DNA of 62,917 nucleotides, the filler included, from Reticulomyxa filosa (Eukaryota > Protista > Foraminifera), in assembly GCA_000512085.1 (NCBI GenBank). It is 20 parts of 20 records of this genome, joined end to end, with 100 filler letters (N's around TTAATTAATTAA, not from the genome) between each part and the next. Parts side by side here need not be neighbours in the genome. Positions count along the whole stretch, not along the records: positions 1 to 1,322 come from ASPP01013154.1; positions 1,423 to 2,552 come from ASPP01000559.1; positions 2,653 to 3,720 come from ASPP01002330.1; positions 3,821 to 6,004 come from ASPP01008147.1; positions 6,105 to 7,930 come from ASPP01037820.1; positions 8,031 to 9,882 come from ASPP01024460.1; positions 9,983 to 11,368 come from ASPP01027979.1; positions 11,469 to 12,638 come from ASPP01000035.1; 12 more parts are not named here. One strand, given 5' to 3'. Below, piece after piece: positions 1 to 11,819 of this stretch. The notes below the pieces were generated by a model, which was not told the origin of the DNA, did not search any database, and saw nothing but the letters and a program-made list of their open reading frames with translations. Each line of letters begins with the position of its first letter. Position 1 is the stretch's first letter. The translations under genes and the position numbers were made by a program.

Positions 1-498
1 AGCCGAGGTAGGTTCGTCAAACAGCATTACGCGCGGTTCCATGGCCAGGCCGCGGGCAATGGCCACGCGCTGTTGCTGGCCGCCGGACAGCTGCGACGGG
101 AAAGCGTCTTTCTTGTGCGCCAGACCCACCCGCTCCAGCAGCGCTACGGCCTGCTTTTCGGCCGCCGCCGGCGCCATGCCTTTTACCTTGATAGGCGACA
201 GGGTGATATTGTCCAGCACCGACAGGTGAGGGTAGAGGTTGAAGTGCTGGAACACGAAGCCCACTTCGGCCCGCAGCGCGTTCAGATTGGTCTTGGGGTC
301 GGCCACATTGACGCCGTCCACCCAGATTTCGCCTTCATTGATGCTTTCCAGCTGGTTCACGGTGCGGATCAGCGTGGACTTACCCGAGCCGGACGGCCCG
401 CACACCACCACGACCTCGCCCTGCTGTACCTGCAGGTTGATGCCGTTCAGGACATGCAGGTCCTTGAACCATTTGTGCACATTGTTGAAACGAATCAT
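1..498 (-). CDS. Polar amino-acid ABC transporter ATP-binding subunit (GlnQ/GltL-like), 3'-truncated; bacterial
   Basis: Absent from the ORF track because it runs off the edge. Manual translation from the ATG at 498: [22 protein letters not shown]...GPSGSGKST (Walker A)...[10 protein letters not shown] (Q-loop)...[17 protein letters not shown] (signature)...MLFDEPTSA (Walker B). A purine-rich AGAGAGA lies just upstream of the ATG. Confidence 0.95.
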   Translation of the reverse strand, partial: MIRFNNVHKWFKDLHVLNGINLQVQQGEVVVVCGPSGSGKSTLIRTVNQLESINEGEIWVDGVNVADPKTNLNALRAEVGFVFQHFNLYPHLSVLDNITLSPIKVKGMAPAAAEKQAVALLERVGLAHKKDAFPSQLSGGQQQRVAIARGLAMEPRVMLFDEPTSA

Positions 499-622
499 GG
501 TTTCTCTCTTTTCCCACCAGTTAGCGTAAGCCTGGCTGCTGCCTGCGGCAGTCTTGTGTCAGGCCGGTATGTCCGGATTGTGTACAGCCGGCAGCGCACA
601 CTCAAGGCGCGCTGCAACATCG

Positions 623-1322
623 TTACCCGCGACGGGCGATCAGGTTGGCCAGCGCCACGTACTGCGCCACGCTCACATTCTCTGCTCGCCAGCGGGCATC
701 GATACCGATGGATGCCAGTTCTTCGTCGCTGACCAGGCCCTTGAGGTTGTTGCGCAGCGTCTTGCGGCGCTGGGCAAACGCCTGGGAAACCACCTCTTCC
801 AGCAGCACTTCGTTGTCGGCCACACCACAGCGGCCGGCATCCGGAATCATCCGTACCACCGCCGAGTCCACTTTCGGCGGCGGGTAGAACGCTCCCGGTG
901 GTACCAGCAAGATCTGTTCCATGTCGAAACGGTACTGCAACATCACCGTCAGACGGCCGTAATCGGCGGTGGATGGCTCGGCCACCATGCGGTCAATCAC
1001 CTCTTTTTGCAGCATGAAATGCATGTCGATGACACGGTCACCGTAGCAGGCCAGATGGAACAGCAGCGGGGTAGAAATGTTGTACGGCAGGTTGCCCACC
1101 AGCTTGAAACGGCCATCGCACACGCTGCCGAAATCGAAGGCCAACGCGTCGCCTTCATGGATGGAAAGCCGTGCCGGATCGAACTCGCCGCGCAGACGGC
1201 TGATGATATCACGGTCGATTTCCACCACATGCAGATGGTCTAGACGCTGCAACAGCGGGCTGTCAGCGCACCCAGACCCGGGCCGATCTCCACCACCACG
1301 TCGCTGCGGCTGGCGCCGACGG
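623..1322 (-). CDS. rsmA: 16S rRNA m6,2A1518/1519 dimethyltransferase RsmA/KsgA, 5'-truncated, with a 1-nt frameshift near 1257-1260
   Basis: Motifs VVEIGPGLGALT (frame upstream of 1260), VVEIDRD, GDAL, VGNLPYNISTPLLF, FMLQKEV, F.PPPKVDSAVVR, AFAQRRKTLRN. Confidence 0.95.
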
Positions 1323-1422
1323 NNNNNNNNNNNNNNNNNNNNNNNNNNNNNNNNNNNNNNNNNNNNTTAATTAATTAANNNNNNNNNNNNNNNNNNNNNN
1401 NNNNNNNNNNNNNNNNNNNNNN
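1323..1422. other. Artificial contig spacer (44 N + TTAATTAATTAA + 44 N); first of 19
   Basis: The same 100-nt unit starts at 1323, 2553, 3721, 6005, 7931, 9883, 11369, 12639, 14533, 17816, 19914, 21284, 27914, 29079, 42687, 43944, 50100, 55228 and 56934. The 12-mer is a palindrome that gives stops in all six frames. Confidence 0.98.
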
Positions 1423-2552
1423 ACTTGGAAAGAACGGCTCAATAGTGCAAGGCTATCCGATGGAAATATTGCCATGTTAGTGTTTATATCGTTTATTTTT
1501 AAAAAAAAACAAAACAAATAAAAACAACGGGGCCTAAGAGAAGAGAAAATAATCAAAAAAAATGCTAGGTTGATTACAAATGCATATTGCTATTCTCTCT
1601 GCCTCATAACTTGTTTGATGATGAGATGTGAGAAAAAATAAATCAATACAACTGACATAACAAACAAAATAGTATGCAACCCGTGGGTTAACTCTCCTTT
1701 GGAAGCTCAATTCGAATTGTCGTGTTATTCTCTCGATATATTCCACTGTTTTGCGGAAGGAGGATATATGTTTCCTTTTGAGAATTATTTGGCCAAGACA
1801 TTTTTCACAAGCTTAATTCCAGCCAATCCATATGTGGTACGTAGGTTGTTCATCCTTTGTTTGCTTGAACAAAGGGAAAAAAAATAAGTTGTTTTGGTAG
1901 AATAAATCAAGTTTCCAAGATCTGTCGAAAGTTGAGCTCGGTACAATATTGGGACCATCATGTGAAATGTGGGCAGGAAATCTTATTCCCGCTAATTACA
2001 TCTACGGTGGAGAAACAAGAATCAACGAGTCAGATCCTACCTCACGATTGTTATCTGTTCGCACTTATGAAACGCTGCTTTATGTTAAGTTTTTGTTTGT
2101 CTATTTGGTCTATATGCAATGTAAAGAATTATTGTGTAATGTGAATGTTTTAAACTTTTCAGATTGATTCCCCGTACAATTTGGTTCGAAAAATAAAAAT
2201 GGTAATGCAGAACTGCACTTACACACAACTGTACAGTGTCAACTGTCCAGAACCAACAAAGGATGAAATGGATGACATGGACACATTTGTCAACGACTGG
2301 TTGAGCGATTTTATTGATTTCATGTTGGATTACCTTGATGATTACAAAAAAGATGAAACTCACCTCCTCAAACCGTTATTTTTCACCTCAGTTTACAAAT
2401 TGAAATAAACAAACAAAAAAATTATATATGTATAAATATACTTTTTTTCTCTTCGTTTCGTTTTTGCGTTTTGCTGTATCTCACTTGCCCAAAATACAAA
2501 AATAGAGAACGAGCTCGGATTTGTTGACAAGTGCATTTTATAGCAACTTGTA
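1423..2552 (+). CDS. Patched/NPC1-family (RND-like) protein, internal multi-exon fragment of the first extracellular domain
   Basis: Manual GT-AG splicing gives ...LCNPWVNSPLEAQFELSCYSLDIFHCFAEGG...ELGTILGPSCEMWAGNLIPANYIYGG...RLLSVRTYETLLYIDSP...FVNDWLSDF...KPLFFTSRTSSDLLTSAF. This parallels, in order, the Patched motifs PCLIITPLDCFWEG, LNGGC..W.EELIVGG, A.ALQT..L.TP, W...F and FTTTTLDDILKSFS. Confidence 0.55.
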
Positions 2553-2652
2553 NNNNNNNNNNNNNNNNNNNNNNNNNNNNNNNNNNNNNNNNNNNNTTAA
2601 TTAATTAANNNNNNNNNNNNNNNNNNNNNNNNNNNNNNNNNNNNNNNNNNNN

Positions 2653-3380
2653 TCATCACCAGATCCAGAACACAAATATCTACCACCATTAAATGGTGAA
2701 AATTCAATTCCACAAACCCAGCTTGTATGTTCGTCAAATTCTTGTAATTGTTTATTATGTTTGAAATCCCAAAAGCGAATAGTTTTGTCATATGATGAAG
2801 AACAAATGACATTACGATGATGATTATAATAATGATATTGCGAAAATTTCACATAATACACACAATCGAAATGTCCATTGGATGATTGGATTTGTTTACT
2901 ATTTTCAACATCCCATACACGAACTGTTTTATCATATGATCCAGAACAAATAAATTGACAATCATCAAATGTTGAGTAATCGACACTGCAAACAAAATTA
3001 TTATGTCCATATAAAGTTTTGAGTAGCCTTGATGATGAACGAAATATATCAAGCATAAAAATAGTAGTTGTCTATATTAAATTATAATTATGGGTGATAA
3101 TAACAACGAATAAATATTGAATATATCAATTATCATTTGAATAAAAACAAATATACAAAAGTGACATAACATAATCGATAACAAGTTTGTCAAAATCATT
3201 AACCCATCCTAATTTAATCTTTAATACTCGGATCCAATGTTGGATAATGATTTGAATTTCTTCTTCTAACTAATTCAGTCACAAACAAGACAAAGCAAAA
3301 ACTAGCTTTTTGAATATTGAAATGGAGCTAACCAATGCCAGTTGAGTTGAAATTCGCTTTTCGTTACTAACAGTAGTCAT
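2653..3380 (-). CDS. WD40-repeat protein (Reticulomyxa-type expanded family), 3'-truncated, 3 exons visible
   Basis: GH...CSGSYDKTVRVWD, GH...SSSYDKTIRFWD and H...YLCSGSGD repeats. An upstream exon reads EEIQIIIQHWIRVLKIKLGWVNDFDKLV (~3172-3267); probable ATG at 3380. Confidence 0.9.
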
Positions 3381-4564
3381 TCTTTCAATTTCTGCTTTTT
3401 TCCTGATATCGCCGTTAGATGTTGTAAGATAAAAGGTAGTTGAACTTTTTTATATTCTTTCTTTTCTCAACTGCGTTTAATTTGTGTTGGACGCGTTTTC
3501 TTTGAAATAATTTTGATAAATCATGAATTCATTTTTTGCAATGTTTATTCTTTGTCCATTTGTCTGTTTTTTTTGAATCATTTTTTAACTGATGCAAGCG
3601 CCCGAAATAATATTTTTTGTAATAATAAAAATTCTTCAATGGAAGATCTATTTCCACGTGGTGACCTTTTTTTTTATACATGGGATTACAAATAAAAAAA
3701 CGTGGCATTTCGGACGCAAGNNNNNNNNNNNNNNNNNNNNNNNNNNNNNNNNNNNNNNNNNNNNTTAATTAATTAANNNNNNNNNNNNNNNNNNNNNNNN
3801 NNNNNNNNNNNNNNNNNNNNACAATTTAAGGCATACACAAAACTTTCATTAGAAAGAGTGTACACGACAATTTTTATCAAAATCTTGTGCACAAAAAAAT
3901 GTATAGTGTAAACATATATATTTGTATTTTAATCAATTTTTTTCGTAAACAGATATACTTGTTCACTTCGTTAAACATGCTTTTGACAAAAATGAATTGT
4001 TTTGAGATGAATTTTTTCACTGTCTAAAATATTATTTTTCTGTAAACTAAGGTCTGCTAAAAATTGTTTCAAATTCTTTTAAATCATCTTTATGAATGTA
4101 GTAAAAAAACGAGATGTTAATTTAAATTTGTAGTAGGCAAACTAAGTAATAACTTAAATGTAAGAAAAATGTGGAACTAATGTACGAATTGCCAAAACAT
4201 TGAAGAAGGCAGAAGTATATTTTCTGGAAAAAACCAAACGCGTTTTCAACCCTTGAAACTGTTAGAAGTCTAGCCAAAGTTGGGAAGAAAAAAAAAAGAT
4301 TAATTTGGATTTTTGTTGTTTTTTTTTAATTATTATTATTATTATATTTTAGAAGCAAGTGAATGCGCACATTCAAATCTTTTCGTTGAAGGCCCTCCCA
4401 TAGCTGTTACTAATACCATTTTTCTATGGGAAAAAGCAAATGCCTTCAAGTGTCGTAGGCCCTTTCCCCTCTGTTGCAAGTGAGAACACATGTTGTTTGC
4501 AGGATATTATGTGTTTTTGTTATTTATGTGATATTTGCTTTTTTTTGTCTTGGTTCGAAATGGT

Positions 4565-6004
4565 TTAATCACTTCTATCTTGTCGCAACGACTGAAAGAT
4601 ATCGGTTTTACAAATGGGGCACTTGCGATTGATTGCAAGCCATCGGTCAATGCATTCTTGATGATATCGATGAAAGCACGGCATCCAACGTAGTTTATCA
4701 CCATCCTCAAATTCGACCAAGCATACTTTTTTTTTTTTTTTTTGTCCCTCTTCCTAATTCCAAAATGTTCAAAAACGAAAAAAGAGAAAAAAAAAAAAAA
4801 TAATAACTTCGACAGGTAGTGTCTTCGGCGTCAGTTCCACTGTGTACCTTATCACCACCAGCAGTGGCTTTGTACTCGTATACGGGCAGCCGATCAACTG
4901 CACCTTGAGGCAGACCCTGATTGGCCGCATGTTGAAGCGAGTGTTGTTGGAACTGTTGCATTAATTGCAGCAGCATTGAGAACTGTTCATGGCGGAGTTC
5001 TCCCCATCTTTTTTATATATAAAAAAAAAAGACAATTCAATAATATAACACGTCATAATCATTTGCAATAAAAAAAAAACAACCCTGGTGGAATGATAAT
5101 ACGAGGTCTGGGATTGTCTTCTTCTTGTTGCAATCGCCTGGCCATGTCCATGTCTTCTTGTTCTTGCCTTTGGCGTAGCTCTTCGGCCTTGATCGGGGAT
5201 TGAGTGTGTATGACCGTCTGTTCGGTGACCACGCCGCCGCCAGAGGGCTCGAATTGGGTGAAGGCGACGGTGACGCCATGAAAGTTGAGTTCTTTGATGC
5301 GATCCACAAAGCGAAGCCGTCCTTTGAAATACGCGTCGACATATTGCGAGCGAAACTGGTCCATCATGGACGTGGACGTGGACGTGGACGTGGACGTCGA
5401 TGTTGATGTATCATATTGCAAATGCCTTGGCAATGTTTCATACACTGGTTGCAAAGACAATGAGCTAATGTCTTGCAACGGATTGCCATCGTAAAAGACA
5501 TTGGTGGTCTGCAAATTGATGAGTCCATCTGAGGGCTGACACGCCATGACTCGGAATTGGATGCCTTTGCTGATGAATGTCTCTCCAATGATCAAGTGTC
5601 TGTGTTCTCTTCGATTACCACCACTGTTCGCATTTGCATTCGTGTTGTAGTCTTGGTCACTGTCACTTTGCTTCTTTTCGTCGCTCGACAGATGGTCTCT
5701 ACCATTCGTTACGTTATCCGTCCTCATTGCTGTTGCTGTTACTGTCGTTTCTGTTTCTGTTTCTGTTTCTGTTTCTGTTGATGTGTCCTGCAACAGCAGT
5801 GGTCGGGTCAGGTGATCCGTGTCGTCTTCGTTTGGCTCTGTCATTGTCATTGGTCTGTTCAGTGATAAAAGAGCAATTCCCATATCATCATTTAAATGCG
5901 CTTTAGTTTCGTCATCTTTGTCATTGCCATTGCCATTATTCTTGTCCTTTTCTTTATCTGTCTTTGCATTTGGAAACCTTGTTGTTGTTGTTGTTGTTGT
6001 TGTT
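4565..6004 (-). CDS. RING-H2 E3 ubiquitin ligase with tandem CDC48/p97 N-domain-like repeats and an MIU-like motif, 5'-truncated
   Basis: The last exons splice to [41 protein letters not shown] (C3H2C3), preceded by GLPQGAVDRLP. Stop at 4565-4567. The ORF 5059-5883 frame is open to the contig edge. Confidence 0.85.
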
Positions 6005-6104
6005 NNNNNNNNNNNNNNNNNNNNNNNNNNNNNNNNNNNNNNNNNNNNTTAATTAATTAANNNNNNNNNNNNNNNNNNNNNNNNNNNNNNNNNNNNNNNN
6101 NNNN

Positions 6105-7930
6105 AGGCGATTTGGGCAGAGCGATATAAAGACAGCGACACATGTTGTGTGCGATTGAAAGTGGTCGACAGAGATGATGAAGATGATTACAAAAAAAAAG
6201 AGATAGAAGCGTGCAAAGGGAAATCATTCGCATCGATTTCAAAGACCTTCGCAGAGAAAGAACATTTCAACATACGCCTGATGTTAGAGTTGATGAAAAA
6301 ATCGGAGGAAGCAGCGAGTGAAATAAAGGATAAAAATGTGATATTGTTTCTTGGAGGCACAGGGACGGGAAAATCTACGTTAATTCATTTTTTGGCGGGA
6401 TCGAAAATGGAAAAACAAGCAGTGGATGATAAGCCTCATATTGCACCGACCAAGATTATAAATAAGGCTTTACATAATGTGACATGCAGGGCAAGTGCAA
6501 AATCGGAGACGAAATATATCACGGCAGTTCCAATCGACTTGAAGGAATTAGGTGTACTATCAATAAAATTAGAGAATGTTGTACTTTGTGATACCCCTGG
6601 CTTTGAAGATACTAATGGACCTGAAGTCGATGTTGCCAATGGCATGGGAATTATCAAAGCATTGCAAACTTGCAAAAGTGTCAAACCTGTGGTGTCGATC
6701 AGTTACACGGCTTTGGGAAATCGAATGAGTTGCGTTCGCGAGTTGGTTCTAACTTTAGTGAGAGTTATCCAACCAATCCAAGATCATCTCAGTGCATTTG
6801 CATATGTGTTTACCAAATTCCCAGGTGATAAGAAAGAATCGATCCATGCTTTGGTGGACGATATATACAATAGCATACAAGAAGAGGAAAAGGATGAAGG
6901 ATATAAAGCATTATTGGAAAATATTGCAGATCAAACCGAGGATAAGGTACTTGCACCCGATTTATTGAGAGATTCTCCCAAAATATTGTTGAAGGAGTTG
7001 GTGAATGCACAAAATTTCATTAAAAATCCAAGTAAAGTGTTTCACTCTTTTCTTACAGTAAAATCCACATCAGCTGTCAATTTACAAGTCGAAAAACACA
7101 AAGCCAACATTTTGCGTGCATTCAAACAGCATCATTATCCAATTGTGCAAGCCAAATTGGATGAACTCACTGACTTGCAATCAGCGTTGAAAAGTGATAC
7201 AATTGAAAAAATTTATCGAGATTGCATCAATCAATTAACGCAGGATTGGAACACACAAATCAATGCAGCCATACATACATTTAACAAGTGCATGGAAGCT
7301 TCGCATTCCATTAACAAAGAGGATATATTAGCTTACAAAAAAACCATTGATACATTCAAATCGGCAGATCCATTGCGAAAACATTTGTCAGAAGCCATTT
7401 GCGCTGATGCATTGATTCAAAATGTAGATCATCAAACTCATCATTTGATCAAGGAAATGGAAAAACATATGGGAAATGAACTCGAATTGCAAATACAATT
7501 GGATAAATTGGAGCAAGTTGGAAATGTATTTCCCAAATTTGCACCAGCTTACAAAGAAGCTTGTCAAACATTGGCAAAACATCTGACCAATTATGTAAAC
7601 AATGCAAAAGAATGTCTTGACAATTACAACTTTGAAGAGACGCGAAAAAATTTGGAGTCACTTGTAAAAGTATTATCTCTTCAATCCCATTTAGTTTCTT
7701 TATTTGATATCAAACAAGAAATCACAAATTTGGAAACTCAGTTATTAATGTGTTTACGTAAGTTGACGGATGAAGGACTTGGCGTGATCAAAAAAGCAAT
7801 AAAGGATGAGTCTAATTTCCACAAAGAAGAAAAAGATGACACCTTTTCATTTTTTCAAATTGAAAAACTTGGTAAATCTGATATTGAACAGTTGGAAATG
7901 AATGCAGATATATTAGAAAGAGCATCAAAT
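6105..7930 (+). CDS. Large P-loop GTPase (TRAFAC, AIG1/GIMAP/septin-like G domain) with long helical C-terminal region; incomplete
   Basis: 609-codon open frame. G1 VILFLGGTGTGKST, G2-like SET, G3 LCDTPGFEDT, G4-like VFTK, then an all-helical-looking region. No intron visible. Confidence 0.8.
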
Positions 7931-8062
7931 NNNNNNNNNNNNNNNNNNNNNNNNNNNNNNNNNNNNNNNNNNNNTTAATTAATTAANNNNNNNNNNNNNN
8001 NNNNNNNNNNNNNNNNNNNNNNNNNNNNNNAAAAAAAAAAAATAAATAAAAATTGAGTAAAG

Positions 8063-9293
8063 TCGTCGTTCAACTCATCATTCGACGGGAACGAACAGCA
8101 GAGAACAAAACATCAATCCGAATGACGTGCAAATGTGGGAAGAGCCATTTGGCAAAGGGGCCAGTGCTCGTGTATATAAGGCGATGTTCCTACCGTTATG
8201 TTTGATGGTAGCGGCGAAGGTGACATCGCGATTGGACATGCAGACGGTGAAACAGATATTGGAAGAGTACGAAGCGCAAGTGACATTGTTGCCACAATGC
8301 GATCAGTTGATGAAAATCTATGGTTGGTATCGTAATATGAACAGCAACGAAGTGGTGATTTTGCTGGAATACATGGACATGGGCAGTGTATGCGACAGCT
8401 GCTTCCCCAAAAGTCGCGAACATGCATTGAATACGTCGCCCGAGGAAATGGAACGTAGTGGACATAAGCAAATCACATTGGATCATTTGACTGTTGAACA
8501 ATTGCGATTCATTGCTCGACAAGTGCTATTGGGATTGTTTCATTTGCATAATCCGGCTTCGTCTACTAAGCCTTTGATTCATCGCGATATCAAACCGCAA
8601 AATATCTTGCTCTCATGCAATGGAGATGTGAAAATTGCAGACTTTGGCTTATTATATCAACTGCAGTCGCCACAAGATGTGTGCACAAATATGGATGGGA
8701 CGATGAAATATTTTGCACCGGAACGAGCCAATGCCAATTTTTCCACTGGCGCGGACATTTGGGCTCTTGGCATCACCATGATTGAAATCTATTTGCAACA
8801 ATTACTCCCCGCCGAAGACTTGGACTTGTTCACCATTGTCGAAGATGGAGTCCATCTCGATAAGTACTTTGACAGCAAGACCCCTTTGGAGTTGGTGTCT
8901 TTTGTGAAAGATTGCTTAACACAAGATCCTGCTCATCGTCCAAGTGCATTTGACTTGCTTCATCACACTTTCATTACCAATCCTTGGGGACCACCCTTGC
9001 TCTCCACTTCTCCTGCCACGGCTTTGCGGGAAACCAGAGAACATCCTTTGCCTTTGGTCAAATTCGCTGTGGTCGAAAAGAATCAAAAGACTCTGGATCA
9101 ACTGCTGCAATGGCTGGAACAGTGGATACTCCAAACTGGTGATGATGGAGTCCCCAACTCGGAAATTTTTGAAAAAGGAGATCCCGAAGACATGAAACAG
9201 TGCGTTGCCAATCTAGCTCAATACTCGGGCTTCTCTCCCAATTTCATTGACACTTACATTGCTGATGTTTTCAGGGAATTGATTGCCAATTAA
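8063..9293 (+). CDS. STE-group Ser/Thr protein kinase, MAP2K (STE7)-like; last exon
   Basis: GKGASARV, VAAK, LEYMDMGS, HRDIKPQN, DFG, GTMKYFAPER, DIWALG, HRPSA. The EYMDxGS and APER features are typical of MAP2Ks. Confidence 0.85.
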
Positions 9294-9982
9294 ATCACAA
9301 ACATTCTTTTTTTTGCAATTTGATAAAATGAGTCATTGTCAAACGTCCTTTCCTTTTGTGTTCGTCTTTCCATCTTCAAAAAATTTTTTTTTAGTTGTTT
9401 ATTGATTTGATATTTGTTGTTGATTGATTGCTATTGTGTGTTCTTTTGTGCAAACGCAAAAAAAAAATAATAATAATCTTCTCTTTATTCAAATGTACAA
9501 TACGAAATAATACAAGTCTTGTGATTTTGACAGATCACATTTGACTATCTAGAAAAAATCTTTGAAAAAAATATTTATTCCGCTGAAGACTATCTGCGGA
9601 TGTGCATTTGGGAGGAATATCTCAAACTTTTTTTTATTATATATCATTTTGTTATTATTTTCCTTCAAAAAAAAATCGAACTGATTTTCTGCTACGTTTT
9701 TTTGAATTTTGCTTTCAAAGTAATAACAGTTATTCCAAATCTGCAAAAAGTTTCTCAACGACAACGATAAATTTATTCAAGAAGTCTTTGCCACAGATCT
9801 CTGTGTTATCTGGTTCTGAATGATTTCATTCATTCTTTAATATTTTTCAATATCATTTCAGTCAAACAATAAGTGACTTTCGNNNNNNNNNNNNNNNNNN
9901 NNNNNNNNNNNNNNNNNNNNNNNNNNTTAATTAATTAANNNNNNNNNNNNNNNNNNNNNNNNNNNNNNNNNNNNNNNNNNNN

Positions 9983-10440
9983 ATTGGTTGATATGAAGAG
10001 CAATACTATAAAGTGTGAAAGAAAAGGACGCTACGAATTTCAAAAGATTGTTTGAACAAGAGATGAATTATGAAATTGTATGCAATCCATCCCCAAAAAT
10101 GACAAAAGACGAGATTGATGAGTTTATGGACAAGTAAAAATCAATTTCAAATTTCGCAAAAAATACTAATAAATATGACGGATTAATTGTAATTATTTGT
10201 GGACATGGAAAATATATCAATCGATAAAATTCAAAGATTTTTTAAAATATTTGTCATTGACTCTTGTCGTGATGAAAATATTTCAAAATTACATGAAATT
10301 GTAAAGAGAGGAAATGATATATTATATGTCACAATGACGACAGTTTTTGGTAACACACTCAAACAAAGTCAGTAATTTATTTAAATCTAAGTATATATAT
10401 TGCTTTTGATGAGATTATTCTAACGTGGACAAAACAATCT
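9983..10440 (+). pseudogene. Decayed caspase-like peptidase (clan CD, C14) pseudogene
   Basis: Fragments KEKDATNFKRLFEQEMNYEIVCNPSPKMTK, YDGLIVIICGHG (catalytic His motif, ~10195-10209) and KIFVIDSCR (catalytic Cys motif, ~10245-10270), interrupted by stops, frameshifts and an internal deletion. Confidence 0.7.
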
Positions 10441-11819
10441 TAAATAAAGTGTAATAATTTTTAAAAGTGGACTTTGCATAGAGAGTTCCCTCTAAATTCA
10501 CTATCCTCTCTTCTTTTACTTTCTATCTTTTTTGTTATTAGTAATTAAGGGATTGAATATAAATGAAATTGGCCTTCCACATTATATGAATATATTAATT
10601 ACAAATAATTCAATTGAATTAAGAGAAAAAATGTCTTATTCAATTTCTTAAAGATAATCATTATTCTTGTGTCCAATTCAATGTCAATATTCAACAAAAG
10701 TAAGACAACACATCTTTTTTTTAAGTAAAATGACAAATGAACATATGACATAATCTCATTTGTGTAAACTATTAAATTTTTTGGATGAATTTTTGTTTTA
10801 GAATAATAGCTGTAAACATGTTCAATTTTTCAAAAAAAAAAACCCTATGTTTGATTCAAAAAAAAGATGGAGAATCCTTCATTTTTTTATTTTCGGGAAA
10901 CATCATCCCATCTTCGCACAAAACTTTTTTAAAAATTTTCAATTTGCAATGGACTCTGAAAAAAGGGATGAAATTATTGTCATGCATACTCACATATTTT
11001 TTGTTGTTGATTTTTGAAATTATGCAATATATCTCATCTGTCTATTTTGACACGTATTTGAGTGTTAAAATATTAGGAAACTCAGTATTGTTTTGCTTCG
11101 GATTATTATCTCTTCAGAACAATCACAAATGAGAAGTTTGTCATTATGTAACAACCATTGAGTACAACGAAGTAGAATTAGTAGAGAGGTTAAAATCTCA
11201 AAAGGTTTATTCATATTTGTGTTTGTACTTGTTTTTAAATTTTTTTAAAAAAAAGGGTTTCGCTTTTTCAAAAGAGAATGAAATTGAAAATAGTAAAATA
11301 AAAAAACTTTAAAAATAATATTATTTAAATTTTAAAATCCCCAAATTCGTATTGTTTTGTCACAAGAGNNNNNNNNNNNNNNNNNNNNNNNNNNNNNNNN
11401 NNNNNNNNNNNNTTAATTAATTAANNNNNNNNNNNNNNNNNNNNNNNNNNNNNNNNNNNNNNNNNNNNACTTATTATTAAAGAAAAGCATGTGAATGTTG
11501 TTGATATTGCCATTTAGGCTTATTATGGAAAGTGTCTCAATTTTGTTCGACATTCTTCTTGTTAATATTATTTTGTTTAGACTGTTCATTTTGGGTGTTT
11601 CGTTTGTTATCTTGTATATATCTGATCTCAAGGAAAATCGCAATATCAGATATCTGACTAGTAAAAAAAATTTTTATCACGATAAAAAAAATTTCTTTTT
11701 TGAAAGTATTTCGCCAAAATCTTGTTGACGACGAAAATCGTTGTTAATAATCGAAGATTAACTTCGAACTTCTATCAAGTTTTGAAGTTAATTTTGAAAA
11801 TAGGTATTTGAGATTTTGA

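Noticed and set aside
41-1370. Long plus-strand ORFs (73-732, 554-1243 and others)
   Set aside because: Antisense shadows of the GC-rich rsmA and ABC ATPase genes.
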